From Shigella phage KRT47, in the sequence record MN781580: 64,000 bases of DNA; one strand, 5' to 3'. The notes below the pieces were generated by a model. That model did not search any database, had not been told where the DNA came from, and was given only the letters and a program-made list of their open reading frames with translations. Position numbers and translations under genes: made by a program. Shown here piece by piece: positions 31,071-43,407 of the stretch (the stretch's first letter is position 1; the number at the start of each line of letters is the position of its first letter).

Positions 31071-31420
31071 TTAGAAAGGTCCTGGATGTCTTCTGCGAAC
31101 TTGTTGAAGGAGTTGTTGATTTGTTTTTCAACCAATCCTGGCTTATGAGCCACCACATCCGCCTTCTTTGCGTCTTTGCGCAGTTTTTCATTTTCACGCT
31201 CAATAGCAGCAATTGCCTCACGATTTTTATTATTCATCGCATCAATATAATTATACTGAATTCGCAAATTATTTAATGCTAAAGCGTTTTCATTGGCCGT
31301 TTTTGTAATTTCTACGACAGACGTTTCTAATCTTTCAATTTTATTTTTTAAAATTAAAGAAGTTCCGCCCAATGCAATTACAATTAATAGCAAGCCTGCT
31401 GTCGTATTACTTAATTGCAT
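31067..31420 (-). CDS. pseT.3: Inner-membrane spanin (i-spanin)
   Basis: 117 aa; N-terminal transmembrane helix followed by coiled-coil-like periplasmic region. Confidence 0.65.
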   Translation of the reverse strand: MQLSNTTAGLLLIVIALGGTSLILKNKIERLETSVVEITKTANENALALNNLRIQYNYIDAMNNKNREAIAAIERENEKLRKDAKKADVVAHKPGLVEKQINNSFNKFAEDIQDLSK

Positions 31421-31917
31421 AAAGTTTTAATAACCTCTATAATATCGTCTTGAGAAAGACCGTTAATTAAAATATGATGTTCAGCCGGAGATTTAGAAAT
31501 TTTAAAGCATGCCTCAACATCTTCTGCCATATCCGATGCGCTACGATTTGGATTACTAATTCCAAGACGATGTTTTCCCGTTAAAGGATTAACGATGATA
31601 TAGCATTTACAGTTGTTAATATGAACATTAGGTTGAGTCTGATTAATGAACACATCACAATCATATTTCGCAAGCTGATTTTCTAAAAAGACTTTCATCT
31701 CCTCAACCGCATCAGGAAGCATATCACGGGCTTGCTCAAGACGACGATTTCGATATTCTTTAATGGTCGTTTTCCGCTTGACTTGCTTAGCTAAATCTTT
31801 CTTAAGATCGGTGATATATCCAACTCGACGATTTCCTTTAAATACAGAAATCCCATCTGTAGTATCACCGTATGCTTCAACGACCATTTCAGTAGTAATA
31901 AGCTGTAAATCCATCAT
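31411..31917 (-). CDS. alc: Alc-like transcription termination factor (host transcription shutoff)
   Basis: 168 aa ORF at T4 alc position between rnlA and pseT.3. Confidence 0.55.
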   Translation of the reverse strand: MMDLQLITTEMVVEAYGDTTDGISVFKGNRRVGYITDLKKDLAKQVKRKTTIKEYRNRRLEQARDMLPDAVEEMKVFLENQLAKYDCDVFINQTQPNVHINNCKCYIIVNPLTGKHRLGISNPNRSASDMAEDVEACFKISKSPAEHHILINGLSQDDIIEVIKTLCN

Positions 31918-31922
31918 AAAGT

Positions 31923-31975
31923 CCTCATGTTATGTCAGTAAGACTACTGTAACACAACACGAGGGACTTGTAAAC
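31923..31975 (-). repeat. 53-bp exact repeat, copy B
   Basis: Identical to 16057-16109; lies between rnlA stop and alc start. Confidence 0.8.
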
Positions 31976-31978
31976 AGC

Positions 31979-33566
<1,588 letters not shown>

Positions 33567-33590
33567 AATAAAATGGGCCTTGCGGCCCAC
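33567..33590 (-). terminator. Hairpin terminator/attenuator between nrdB and denA
   Basis: GGGCCTTGCGGCCC hairpin, then U-rich tract on minus strand that includes the denA ATG. Confidence 0.45.
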
Positions 33591-33593
33591 TCC

Positions 33594-34763
33594 TTAAAAA
33601 TATTTTTTAAAACTCATCATAACTTTATCATCAACATCATTATCAATCTGTGCTACAAGGTAAGATGACAGTTCTACTTCTTGCGGCGCGGATTGAACAT
33701 TATCAGAATTAAGGTATTCACGAATCCAAGGATATGGATGTTTAACCGGAGCATCGGTAATTGGACATGGAAGACCACACTGTTTCATACGAGATACAGT
33801 TAAGTAATCAATAAAGCTCCACATGCTATTTGTATTTAATCCAGGAACATCGCCATCTTTAAATAAATGAACTGCCCAATCTTTTTCTTGGCGGTTAACT
33901 TCCATGAAAATATCAACTGCTTCTTGTTCACACTCTTGAGCAATTTTAACCCATTCATCGCCATCAGTACCGGATTGAAGTTGACGAATAATATATTGGG
34001 TGCCTTTAAGGTGAAGCTGCTCATCACGTGCAATGAACTTCATAATCTTGGCATTACCTTCCATGATTTCCATGTTCTTATGGAAGTTAAAGGTACATGC
34101 GAAAGATACATAAAAACGAATAGCTTCCAATGCGTTGATTACATGCAGGCAGAGGTAAAGAGATTTCATTAGTGCTCGTTTAGTACATTCAACAACTTTG
34201 CCTAACTCTTCTTTACGAAATCCTTCTGATAAAATTCCTTCATAATCTTCAACCGCATTCTGATATTCACGAGTCTTAACTAGAACGTCATCATAATAAC
34301 GACCAATAGATTCAGCGCGTTTCATGATAGCTTTATCTAATACAATCTCATCAAATACCTTTGATGGATCAGTATAAAGATTTCGCATAATATGAGTATA
34401 TGAACGGCTGTGAATAGTTTCGCTAAAAGTCCATGTAGCAACCCATGTATCAAGACTTGGGTCTGAAATTAACGACATAAGTACAGCAGACGGCGCACGA
34501 CCCTGAATGCTATCCAAAAGTGATTGATACTTCAGGTTATTAGTAAAAATATCTTGCTGATATTGAGGAAGCTTGTTAAATTGTGCAGCATCCATCATCA
34601 AGTTTACTTCTTCAGGACGCCAGAAAAATGACAACTGTTTTTCGGTTAAATCTTCAAAAACTTTATGGCGTTGAATATCATAACGCGCAATACCAAGACC
34701 TGAACCGAAGAACATAGGTTCTTTTAAAACATCAACTGGATTTGTATTAAAAACTGTGCTCAT
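33594..34763 (-). CDS. nrdB: Ribonucleotide reductase small subunit (uninterrupted, no intron)
   Basis: 389 aa continuous ORF, class I RNR beta sequence. Confidence 0.9.
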   Translation of the reverse strand: MSTVFNTNPVDVLKEPMFFGSGLGIARYDIQRHKVFEDLTEKQLSFFWRPEEVNLMMDAAQFNKLPQYQQDIFTNNLKYQSLLDSIQGRAPSAVLMSLISDPSLDTWVATWTFSETIHSRSYTHIMRNLYTDPSKVFDEIVLDKAIMKRAESIGRYYDDVLVKTREYQNAVEDYEGILSEGFRKEELGKVVECTKRALMKSLYLCLHVINALEAIRFYVSFACTFNFHKNMEIMEGNAKIMKFIARDEQLHLKGTQYIIRQLQSGTDGDEWVKIAQECEQEAVDIFMEVNRQEKDWAVHLFKDGDVPGLNTNSMWSFIDYLTVSRMKQCGLPCPITDAPVKHPYPWIREYLNSDNVQSAPQEVELSSYLVAQIDNDVDDKVMMSFKKYF

Positions 34764-34814
34764 AAATTTTCCGCTTAGTTAATAGATAGTGACTCGTCCG
34801 TGAGTCAAATTATA

Positions 34815-37079
34815 TCATAATTTACAGGATGAACAATCTTCAGCTTTTGGAGTTTCTATTTCATAATCATCAGTACCAGAACCGTCACGGGTATTATGAT
34901 AATAGAAATTTTTTCCGCCAAAATACCAAAAATACAAAAGGTCATCAATCATTATTGACATTGGAACCTTTCCTTTTGGAAAAATCTGCGGGTCATAATA
35001 TGTATTTGCTGAAGCTGATTGACACACCCATTTAAGCATAATAGCTACTTGCGTAAGATAAGGTTTATTGCCTTTCTTAGCTAATTTCCACGTATAATCA
35101 TAGAGGTCTATGTTATGCTCAATATTGGGCACGACTTGATTAAAGGAACCCTCTTTTGATTCTTTAACAGAGACTGGTCCACGTGGAGGCTCGATACCGT
35201 TTGTACTGTTAGAAACTTGGGAAGATGACTCACATGGCATAAGTGCTGATAATGTGCTATTACGGATGCCAAAGAGCTTAAGGTCTTCCCGCAGCGACGA
35301 CCAGTCACAAACGTATTTTGGAGCTGCGATTTGGTCAATCTTTTTATTGTACCAGTCGATAGGTAATTCGCCTCGAGACCAACGAGTGTCTGAATAATAT
35401 TCGCAAGGTCCTTTTTCTTTGGCGAGCTTAATGGATGCTTTAATGAGTCCATACTGTAATCTCTCAAATAGTTCATGTGTTAAATCGTTAGCATCTTCAT
35501 AAGAAGCAAAATTACTTGCCAGCCAAGCTGCATAGTTAGTAACACCTACACCAAGATTTCGACGCTTTTTAGCTTTTTCTGCTTCAGGAACTGGATATCC
35601 TTGGTAATCCAAAAGATTATCAAGAGCACGAACTTGGACTTCTGCCAATTCATTAATTTTATCTTGGTCTTGCCAATCAAAGTTATCTAACACAAATGCA
35701 GATAACGTACACAATCCAATTTCAGCATCAGGACTATTCACATCATTTGTTGGAATAGCAATTTCACAGCACAAGTTGCTCTGACGAATAGGTGCCTTTT
35801 CACGAATAAACGGAGTATAGTTATTCGTATTATCTATGAACTGTACATAAATCCTTGCTGTTCCTGAGCGTTCAGTCATGAGCAATTCAAACAGTTCACG
35901 GGCTTTAATGCGCTTTTTACGAATATTAGGGTCTTTTTCTGCGGCTTCGTATAATTCACGGAAACGGTCTTGGTCTTTAAAATAAGAATAATAAAGTTCG
36001 CCACCCATTTCATGCGGACTGAACAAAGTAATGTAATCATTCTTTCCGAATCGTTCCATCATTAGGTCATTCAGTTGAACGCCATAATCCATATGACGGA
36101 TACGGTTTTCTTCTACACCTTTGTTATTTTTCAAAACGAGAAGATTTTCAACTTCCAAATGCCAAATAGGATAATAAGCAGTAGCAGCGCCGCCACGAAT
36201 TCCACCCTGTGAACATGATTTAACAGCAGTCTGAAAATGTTTCCAAAAAGGAATAACACCAGTATGGCGTACTTCACCTGTGCCAATCTTAGAACCTTCG
36301 GCACGAATCATACCAACGTTAATACCAATTCCAGCGCGTTTGGAGATATATTCAACAATTGAAGCGGAAGCCTTATTGATAGACTTCAGCGAATCACCTG
36401 CCTCAATAACAACGCATGAACTAAACTGTCGAGTCGGAGTACGACAGCCAGCCATAATAGGAGTTGGCAATGAAATCTGTCGAGTAGATACTGCTTCATA
36501 AAAACGAATAACATGTTTTAATCTATCAACAGGTTCATCTTGATGCAATGCCATTCCAATAGTCATAAATGCAAACTGCGGAGTTTCATAAATTTGACCA
36601 GTGGTTTTATCTTTAACGAGATATTTTTCTTTTAATTGCATCGCCCCGGAATAAGTAAATTCCATATCCCGCTCGTGCTTAATTTTTGATTCTAAAAATG
36701 TAATTTCTTCTGCTGAATATTTTGACAGCAGTTCAGGGTCATATTTACCTTCATTTACACAGTAAGAAATATGGTCAATAAATGAACGTGGTTCATATTG
36801 TCCGTAAACATGCTTACGAAGAGCAAACATTAAACAGCGAGCGGCTACGTATTGATAATCAGGCTCTTCAACTGAAATAGAATTCGCAGCAGCCTTAATT
36901 ACAATGGTTTGAATGTCATCAGTGGTCATTCCATCACGGAGATATGATTTAATATTTTCATATAATTCATAAGGATCTACAGATGTTCCTTCAGCTGCCC
37001 AGGATAAAACTTTAATAATTTTTTGCGGGTCAAAGCTCTGAGAAACACCACTACTTTTGATAACATTAATTAATTGCAT
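34815..37079 (-). CDS. nrdA: Ribonucleotide reductase large subunit
   Basis: 754 aa; class Ia RNR alpha. Confidence 0.9.
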   Translation of the reverse strand: MQLINVIKSSGVSQSFDPQKIIKVLSWAAEGTSVDPYELYENIKSYLRDGMTTDDIQTIVIKAAANSISVEEPDYQYVAARCLMFALRKHVYGQYEPRSFIDHISYCVNEGKYDPELLSKYSAEEITFLESKIKHERDMEFTYSGAMQLKEKYLVKDKTTGQIYETPQFAFMTIGMALHQDEPVDRLKHVIRFYEAVSTRQISLPTPIMAGCRTPTRQFSSCVVIEAGDSLKSINKASASIVEYISKRAGIGINVGMIRAEGSKIGTGEVRHTGVIPFWKHFQTAVKSCSQGGIRGGAATAYYPIWHLEVENLLVLKNNKGVEENRIRHMDYGVQLNDLMMERFGKNDYITLFSPHEMGGELYYSYFKDQDRFRELYEAAEKDPNIRKKRIKARELFELLMTERSGTARIYVQFIDNTNNYTPFIREKAPIRQSNLCCEIAIPTNDVNSPDAEIGLCTLSAFVLDNFDWQDQDKINELAEVQVRALDNLLDYQGYPVPEAEKAKKRRNLGVGVTNYAAWLASNFASYEDANDLTHELFERLQYGLIKASIKLAKEKGPCEYYSDTRWSRGELPIDWYNKKIDQIAAPKYVCDWSSLREDLKLFGIRNSTLSALMPCESSSQVSNSTNGIEPPRGPVSVKESKEGSFNQVVPNIEHNIDLYDYTWKLAKKGNKPYLTQVAIMLKWVCQSASANTYYDPQIFPKGKVPMSIMIDDLLYFWYFGGKNFYYHNTRDGSGTDDYEIETPKAEDCSSCKL

Positions 37080-37396
37080 AAGTCCTCAACTTGAAAATCG
37101 TCTTTAAACAATCGGTTAACTATATGAGCTATTATATCACCATGACACGGCTTTGGTTTACATGTGCATCCTAGCCTCATTCCACGTAAAGGCTCTAAAT
37201 GTGCTTTAGTTATTTCTCCGGATTTAATTCGACGTATAAAATCTTTTTTGAATAATTCAATGGCAGCCTCCCGGCTGCCAGCATCTTTACCGACGTAATT
37301 TCCCCAAAATGTACCACGGTGAATATTAACATCAAAGTCGGATTTATATTTATTCACTACCCGGCATAGACGGCCCGCGTGGTAATAATTCGTCAT
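37070..37396 (-). CDS. Hypothetical Cys/His-containing protein
   Basis: 108 aa ORF with [11 protein letters not shown] motif. Confidence 0.45.
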   Translation of the reverse strand: MTNYYHAGRLCRVVNKYKSDFDVNIHRGTFWGNYVGKDAGSREAAIELFKKDFIRRIKSGEITKAHLEPLRGMRLGCTCKPKPCHGDIIAHIVNRLFKDDFQVEDLCN

Positions 37397-37613
37397 ATTG
37401 TTTTTCCGTTAAAACAGTAATATCATAATAACAATCAGAAGAAGTTTTAACTGTAGAAATTTTATTATCAAAATACTCACGAGTCATTTTATGAGTATAA
37501 TATTTTTTGCCATAAATGATAATAGGCTGTTCTGGTCCTGGAACTTCTAACTCGCTTGGATTAGGAAGTGTAAAAAGAACGACACCAGAAGTATCCTTAA
37601 ATCGTAAAATCAT
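37350..37613 (-). CDS. Hypothetical protein
   Basis: 87 aa ORF overlapping td stop. Confidence 0.4.
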   Translation of the reverse strand: MILRFKDTSGVVLFTLPNPSELEVPGPEQPIIIYGKKYYTHKMTREYFDNKISTVKTSSDCYYDITVLTEKQYDELLPRGPSMPGSE

Positions 37614-38470
37614 ATTGCCATTTTCCCTTTAATTGCTGGATGCGATTCATAATTTTCAAGGATAAAATCTTTCGGTTTCATGTATTCAGTTAACCAGTAA
37701 AGCTGTGTTTCGGTGTCACAATTTCCAAACTCTATAGGCCAATCAATTTTAAGTTCACACAGTTCTTTAGGCTCACGACGTAAAATTTCTTTACATTGCG
37801 CAGTATGATTCATATAGATGTGAGTATTACCACCAGAAAATATCAAATCTCCTGGGATAAGATTACACATCTTAGCCACAATATGCGTCAAGGCAGCGTA
37901 CGAGGCAATGTTGAATGGCAAGCCCAAGAAAACATCTACACTTCTTTGGTACCATTGTAAATCAAGATAACCATTACGCACATTAAACTGATAGAACATA
38001 TGACAGGGCGGTAATGCCATTTGATTGATTTCAGCTGGATTCCATGCTGAAACGATTTGACGTCGATCAGTTGGTAATTTTTTAATACGATCAATAGTTT
38101 CAACTAATTGATCCACACCACCGAAATCACGCCATTGTTTACCATATATAGGACCAAGTTCACCACTATGATATCCTAGGTCTTTAGCTTGGTTTTCATA
38201 ATTGTCATCCCAGATAGTTTTACCTTGAATAAGACTACCGTGAGTAAGAAGACGTAAATCATTAACATTGGTAGAACCGGAAATAAACCATAAAAGCTCA
38301 GCAATGCATGCATTCCAGGCGAGCTTCTTAGTTGTTACTGCAGGAAAACCTTTAGTTAAATCCCAGCGTAATTTAGTACCGAACAGAGCAATTGTTCCTA
38401 TGCCTGTTCGGTCATCGGTTTCATAGCCATTTTCAAAAATGTCTTTAATTAAATCTTGGTATTGTTTCAT
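37610..38470 (-). CDS. td: Thymidylate synthase (uninterrupted, no intron)
   Basis: 286 aa continuous; N-terminus [23 protein letters not shown]; active-site ALPPCH. Confidence 0.9.
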   Translation of the reverse strand: MKQYQDLIKDIFENGYETDDRTGIGTIALFGTKLRWDLTKGFPAVTTKKLAWNACIAELLWFISGSTNVNDLRLLTHGSLIQGKTIWDDNYENQAKDLGYHSGELGPIYGKQWRDFGGVDQLVETIDRIKKLPTDRRQIVSAWNPAEINQMALPPCHMFYQFNVRNGYLDLQWYQRSVDVFLGLPFNIASYAALTHIVAKMCNLIPGDLIFSGGNTHIYMNHTAQCKEILRREPKELCELKIDWPIEFGNCDTETQLYWLTEYMKPKDFILENYESHPAIKGKMAI

Positions 38471-38515
38471 TTAGTACCTTATATAAATTATAATACATTT
38501 TATGAAGCTGAATAA

Positions 38516-38875
38516 TCAATACGGTTTAGCATCAAATTTTCTTTCGATTTCAGGAGTGAAATATAATTCTTTACCACGTTTGGAAAAACGACCAATAATA
38601 TGATAATTATTCTCATCAAACGTGATATTACCAATATCCATAGCTTTCAACCAAATATCGATATTTCTATCTAGTTTTATATCAAAATTCCAATACGGAG
38701 AACTATTACCAAAAATACTACAAGCGGATTCAGTGAAACAACTGCTATAAATCTTGTCTTTAGGAACTACTAATTGATAGACGCCTTTAATAAACTGAGG
38801 ACCCTGCCATTTTGGTTGTTTCGCGTCTTTTTCTAATAGAATAGGGTAATAATTAAAATTCATATTTTCCGCCAC
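38516..38875 (-). CDS. Hypothetical protein inserted between frd and td
   Basis: 119 aa ORF with its own RBS; occupies a position where, as I recall, T4 frd and td abut. Confidence 0.5.
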   Translation of the reverse strand: MAENMNFNYYPILLEKDAKQPKWQGPQFIKGVYQLVVPKDKIYSSCFTESACSIFGNSSPYWNFDIKLDRNIDIWLKAMDIGNITFDENNYHIIGRFSKRGKELYFTPEIERKFDAKPY

Positions 38876-38883
38876 GTGTTATT

Positions 38884-39713
<830 letters not shown>

Positions 39714-39724
39714 ATTATCTCCTA

Positions 39725-40057
39725 TTAAAAAGGATCAGGAACATATCCACTAGCTTTAATCATTTTAACTAATGTTACCATTCCTTTGTTAACTGCTTGT
39801 GAGATTTCATCAAAAACTTCATCATTAAAAAGTTCTAGCACACCCTTCTGAACTTTTAATTTACAGCCAACAATTTCGTCATCGCCTATAGTAAATTCAT
39901 TACCGCCAATTCCACCGAAAAACTTAATTATCCCAGTTAACTGTCTTCCACGAGAATATGGGTCATGTGATAAAGTAATATGAGTCACCCCAGGTACAGT
40001 TTTAAATTGACAGCGAATGTTTACTTGAGAAATTCCAGTTACATGAATGTCAGACAT
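39725..40057 (-). CDS. Hypothetical protein
   Basis: 110 aa ORF. Confidence 0.45.
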   Translation of the reverse strand: MSDIHVTGISQVNIRCQFKTVPGVTHITLSHDPYSRGRQLTGIIKFFGGIGGNEFTIGDDEIVGCKLKVQKGVLELFNDEVFDEISQAVNKGMVTLVKMIKASGYVPDPF

Positions 40058-40067
40058 AATATTTTCC

Positions 40068-40310
40068 TCAAACAGACTTTTTCACAGTTTTCCAATCAGC
40101 TTTAAACTGATCAACATCAGAATGGTAAATCCAAAACCCTGCGCTTTCTCCATCTTCATAAAGAGGACATCCATCGCATTCATCTTCCCATCCCATATCA
40201 CGCAAAAGACGTTCAGCTTTTTCAACAAGTTCAGAATCTTTACCGATGATATTAAAATACCATTTACCCCTAACTTCTGAATCTTTAATGCTCTGACGTT
40301 GTAATCTCAT
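40068..40310 (-). CDS. Hypothetical protein
   Basis: 80 aa ORF with early promoter upstream. Confidence 0.45.
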   Translation of the reverse strand: MRLQRQSIKDSEVRGKWYFNIIGKDSELVEKAERLLRDMGWEDECDGCPLYEDGESAGFWIYHSDVDQFKADWKTVKKSV

Positions 40311-40335
40311 TTTATTCTCCTTAGTTGATAGGGTA

Positions 40336-40365
40336 ATAGTATCACACTACTACCCTACTGTAAAC
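40336..40365 (-). promoter_or_regulatory. T4-type early promoter
   Basis: Minus strand GTTTAC, 18 nt, TGaTACTAT; -10 in loop of 7-bp inverted repeat TAGGGTA/TACCCTA (40329-40357). Confidence 0.45.
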
Positions 40366-40745
40366 TACTTTTTGAAAGTTTTTCGCAAAAGTTCAATGAT
40401 TTCGTCTACATTATTTTCGTCAACAATGCAGTGAATTTTTGTTACGCCAGAAACCTTGTCTTCGACTTCATCTTCTTCGGAAGTCGATTCTTTATACTCA
40501 CGAAAACAATGAAATTCATCTTCACAAATTTCTAAAAGTCTATCTTTGAGATAAAAATGCTTTCCATTTGCGCATTCAATGTGTTTTACTGCTTTGTATC
40601 CATTGGCGACGGAAACTTCTTTAACTTCAAACCATCCGCCATTATCTCGAATAGCTTTAACTATTGATGAATTGGAACGTGGGCTATAATTAATAAATGT
40701 ATCAATAAGTCTTGGAACAAGTTCATATTTTCTACCAGTATACAT
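40365..40745 (-). CDS. Hypothetical protein
   Basis: 126 aa ORF. Confidence 0.45.
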   Translation of the reverse strand: MYTGRKYELVPRLIDTFINYSPRSNSSIVKAIRDNGGWFEVKEVSVANGYKAVKHIECANGKHFYLKDRLLEICEDEFHCFREYKESTSEEDEVEDKVSGVTKIHCIVDENNVDEIIELLRKTFKK

Positions 40746-40790
40746 TGCATTTTCCTCATTTTAATGGGGGCTTGATAGCCCCCTTGATAA

Positions 40791-41039
40791 TTATTGTTCA
40801 ATCAGTCCCATGTAAAATTCTGCGTCTTCAGAATCCATGCCATCACAATATTCATTAGCCATAAAGCGGGTGAGGTCTTCAAGAGGACCTTCAATAACGA
40901 TTTGAATACTCCAAAACTTAGAATCTTGCACGCTTGTGATACTAAGTTCAGGATAACGATTACGAATAATTTCTTCAATATATTCAAAATCAACGATGTC
41001 AATATCAACTTTAGCCATATTATTTTCCTCTTTAATCAT
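40791..41039 (-). CDS. Hypothetical acidic protein
   Basis: 82 aa ORF downstream of early promoter. Confidence 0.45.
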   Translation of the reverse strand: MIKEENNMAKVDIDIVDFEYIEEIIRNRYPELSITSVQDSKFWSIQIVIEGPLEDLTRFMANEYCDGMDSEDAEFYMGLIEQ

Positions 41040-41060
41040 CAGCAGTATTGCTGATAGTTG

Positions 41061-41090
41061 TATAGTACCACAGTCCTTGTGGTATGTAAA
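41061..41090 (-). promoter_or_regulatory. T4-type early promoter (part of repeated cassette)
   Basis: Minus strand GTTTAC, 18 nt, TGgTACTAT; spacer contains inverted repeat TACCACA/TGTGGTA. Confidence 0.45.
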
Positions 41091-41111
41091 CCGTTTTGTG
41101 AAAAAATTTTG

Positions 41112-41141
41112 AAATAAAAAAAGGGGACCTCTAGGGTCCCC
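41112..41141 (-). terminator. Intrinsic terminator after gene 32
   Basis: Hairpin GGGGACCCTAGAGGTCCCC followed by U7 on minus strand. Confidence 0.6.
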
Positions 41142-41163
41142 AATTAATTAGTAATATAATCTA

Positions 41164-42072
41164 TTAAAGGTCATTCAAAAGGTCATCCAGGTCCGTGTCA
41201 TCAGCACTAGATGAACTGCCAGAGCTTGAGCTCATAAAATCATCTTCAGTTTTTGTTTTGAAGTCATCAACATTGAATGCATCCAAATCATCAGCAACTT
41301 TATCAGCTTTCTTAGCGGCAGTTGCTGCGGCACCACCCATAGCAGCAGTTCCCATAACTTGACCGAATTTAGTATTCAGTTCTTCAAACGATTTGAATTT
41401 ATCTTTAGAAGTCATTTCAGAAAGGTCAACCATTTGTTCGAACAGTTCTTTCTGGAAAGATTCATCGTCAATGTTTGGAATCGCAGATTGATTCAGGAAT
41501 TTAGATTCGTCGTAGTTACTAAATCCAGAAACTTGTTTAACTTTCAGTACAAAGTTAGCACCTTCCCACGGACAAGTTACATCAACCGGAGTTTCACCCA
41601 TTTCAACATCAACTGCAATCATTGCGTTGATTTTATCCCAGATTTTCTTACCGAAACGGTATTTAAATACTTTACCTTCATTTTCTGGAGCAGCTGGGTC
41701 TTTTACTACAAGAATGTTAGCCCAGTAAGAAGTTTTACGTTTAACAAGACTGTACTCTTTATTGTCAGTGTTGTACAAATCATTTTTACTAATGTACTGA
41801 CATACTGGACAAGAATCGTAATCACCGTGGGTAGATGAGCAATTTTCGATATACCATTTACCGTTTTTCTTGAAACCGTGATTTACAAGAATTGCGAATG
41901 GTGCTTGTTCATCATTTTTAGACGGAAGAAAACGAATTACTGCTTGACCGTTACCCGCATTGTCGAGTTTCAGTTTCCACTCGCCTTTATCTTCAGAAGA
42001 AAAACCACCTTTATTTCCAGCCAATTTAGCCATTTGTGCAGCGAGTTCAGCAGTAGATTTACGTTTAAACAT
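41164..42072 (-). CDS. 32: Single-stranded DNA-binding protein gp32
   Basis: 302 aa; N-terminus [17 protein letters not shown], zinc site [14 protein letters not shown], acidic C-terminal tail. Confidence 0.9.
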   Translation of the reverse strand: MFKRKSTAELAAQMAKLAGNKGGFSSEDKGEWKLKLDNAGNGQAVIRFLPSKNDEQAPFAILVNHGFKKNGKWYIENCSSTHGDYDSCPVCQYISKNDLYNTDNKEYSLVKRKTSYWANILVVKDPAAPENEGKVFKYRFGKKIWDKINAMIAVDVEMGETPVDVTCPWEGANFVLKVKQVSGFSNYDESKFLNQSAIPNIDDESFQKELFEQMVDLSEMTSKDKFKSFEELNTKFGQVMGTAAMGGAAATAAKKADKVADDLDAFNVDDFKTKTEDDFMSSSSGSSSSADDTDLDDLLNDL

Positions 42073-42145
42073 TTTTATTTCCTTTTTAATTTAATTAACA
42101 GTTGGTGCTATGACGATGTATGACCTCATAGCTGGTCAGTGAGAT
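42073..42145 (-). promoter_or_regulatory. Gene 32 translational operator (pseudoknot plus A/U-rich unstructured leader)
   Basis: Minus strand reads UGACCAGCUAUGAGGUCAUACAUCGUCAUAGCAC followed by UUAAAUUAAAAAGGAAAUAAAA AUG; matches known gp32 autoregulatory leader. Confidence 0.7.
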
Positions 42146-42171
42146 AATTATAATCTATTTATAATAAGCAA

Positions 42172-42825
42172 TTAATACTTACAAGATTTCACAGTTTCAA
42201 TAAAAACTTTTTTAGCTTCCTGTGAATCAATATTTAAAATTTTTCTATAAGCCTTTAATTTTATAGAATAATTATTCCAGACTAAATTATCAGTCTGTTC
42301 ATCATGTTTATCAATTATATTTAAAAACGAATCAAGCAAGATAAACGTCTCAAACGAAATTATATTTGATTGAAGTAGTTTAAAAATATAACTTGATTGA
42401 ACTTTTGGATTATACTCAAAAATTTCTTTAAAAGCAGAAACTTCAACTTTTTTACTAAAATAATAAATGTTGCGAATATCTTCTTCAAACTTAAATTTAA
42501 TTTGCTTTAAGCGTCCGATATATTCACGATAAAACACAAGTGCATCAGCGTCAGAGATGTCACCAATCCAAGCATCTTGGTTAGCAACCAGATTGCTTAT
42601 AAAGATTAAAGCAAGTTCCTTTAATTTATATTTTTCTGATAACTTCTGGAAAAAATACTTATCCCTTCGCTTTTGATAAGCGGCATCAGACACCCGCATG
42701 CACCAATTATACTTAATTACATCATACTTTCCATTCATATGTTGTTTTATCATTAAGTATAATTTATAAACTGATTTACCATCAATATATCTTTCACCAC
42801 CAGCAGGCATGCGGAGTTTAATCAT
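42172..42825 (-). CDS. 59: Helicase loader gp59
   Basis: 217 aa, T4 gp59-like. Confidence 0.85.
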   Translation of the reverse strand: MIKLRMPAGGERYIDGKSVYKLYLMIKQHMNGKYDVIKYNWCMRVSDAAYQKRRDKYFFQKLSEKYKLKELALIFISNLVANQDAWIGDISDADALVFYREYIGRLKQIKFKFEEDIRNIYYFSKKVEVSAFKEIFEYNPKVQSSYIFKLLQSNIISFETFILLDSFLNIIDKHDEQTDNLVWNNYSIKLKAYRKILNIDSQEAKKVFIETVKSCKY

Positions 42826-43169
42826 AGCAGAAAATCTAATGTATTAGTTTTTTCACAACGAACAACAGAAGGACGTAAAAGATTTTCGTCAATAGCTTCT
42901 GACTGAATTTTTTCAATTATACCCGAAGGAATAAATTTAGCAAATTGAGTTTCAGGAATAGAGTTTTCTTCTAAGAATGCTGTCGTAGCTTCAAGATAAC
43001 TCATTCCAAACTCTTCTACCATTTTTTCAATAATAAATCCATTTTCTTGACGATCAAGAAGCTTTGCTATTTCATCCTTTTCTTTCTTGATTGAAAGTTC
43101 TTTTTCTGAAAGACCGGTCTCATCGACCGGACGAATATCATTTAGAGAAAACTGTGTCATAAAGTTCAA
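42822..43169 (-). CDS. 33: Late transcription co-activator gp33
   Basis: 112-115 aa acidic protein (start may be second Met) at T4 gene 33 position. Confidence 0.75.
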   Translation of the reverse strand: MNFMTQFSLNDIRPVDETGLSEKELSIKKEKDEIAKLLDRQENGFIIEKMVEEFGMSYLEATTAFLEENSIPETQFAKFIPSGIIEKIQSEAIDENLLRPSVVRCEKTNTLDFLL

Positions 43170-43407
43170 CTACCTCTTCAGTTTCAGCTTCAAACACATC
43201 ACGGTTATCTTTATGATACAAAGCTAACAGACGATTAAACATCTTACCATCAACGCCAAGTTCATCTTTAGCACGAATTCGAATATCTTTAATCAGTTCA
43301 TTATAACCGGAAATTTTCAGTTTATGATCAGATGCTTCTTTAATAAATTTAGCCAAGTCTTCGCCATGGATAGCTTCATCAAATTCAACCATTTCTTTTT
43401 TAGCCAT
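43138..43407 (-). CDS. dsbA: Double-stranded DNA-binding protein DsbA
   Basis: 89 aa ORF at T4 dsbA position. Confidence 0.7.
   Translation of the reverse strand: MAKKEMVEFDEAIHGEDLAKFIKEASDHKLKISGYNELIKDIRIRAKDELGVDGKMFNRLLALYHKDNRDVFEAETEEVVELYDTVFSK

Noticed and set aside
37610-38470. Looked for a group I intron and homing endonuclease within td and nrdB
   Set aside because: Both genes are continuous full-length ORFs with no insert
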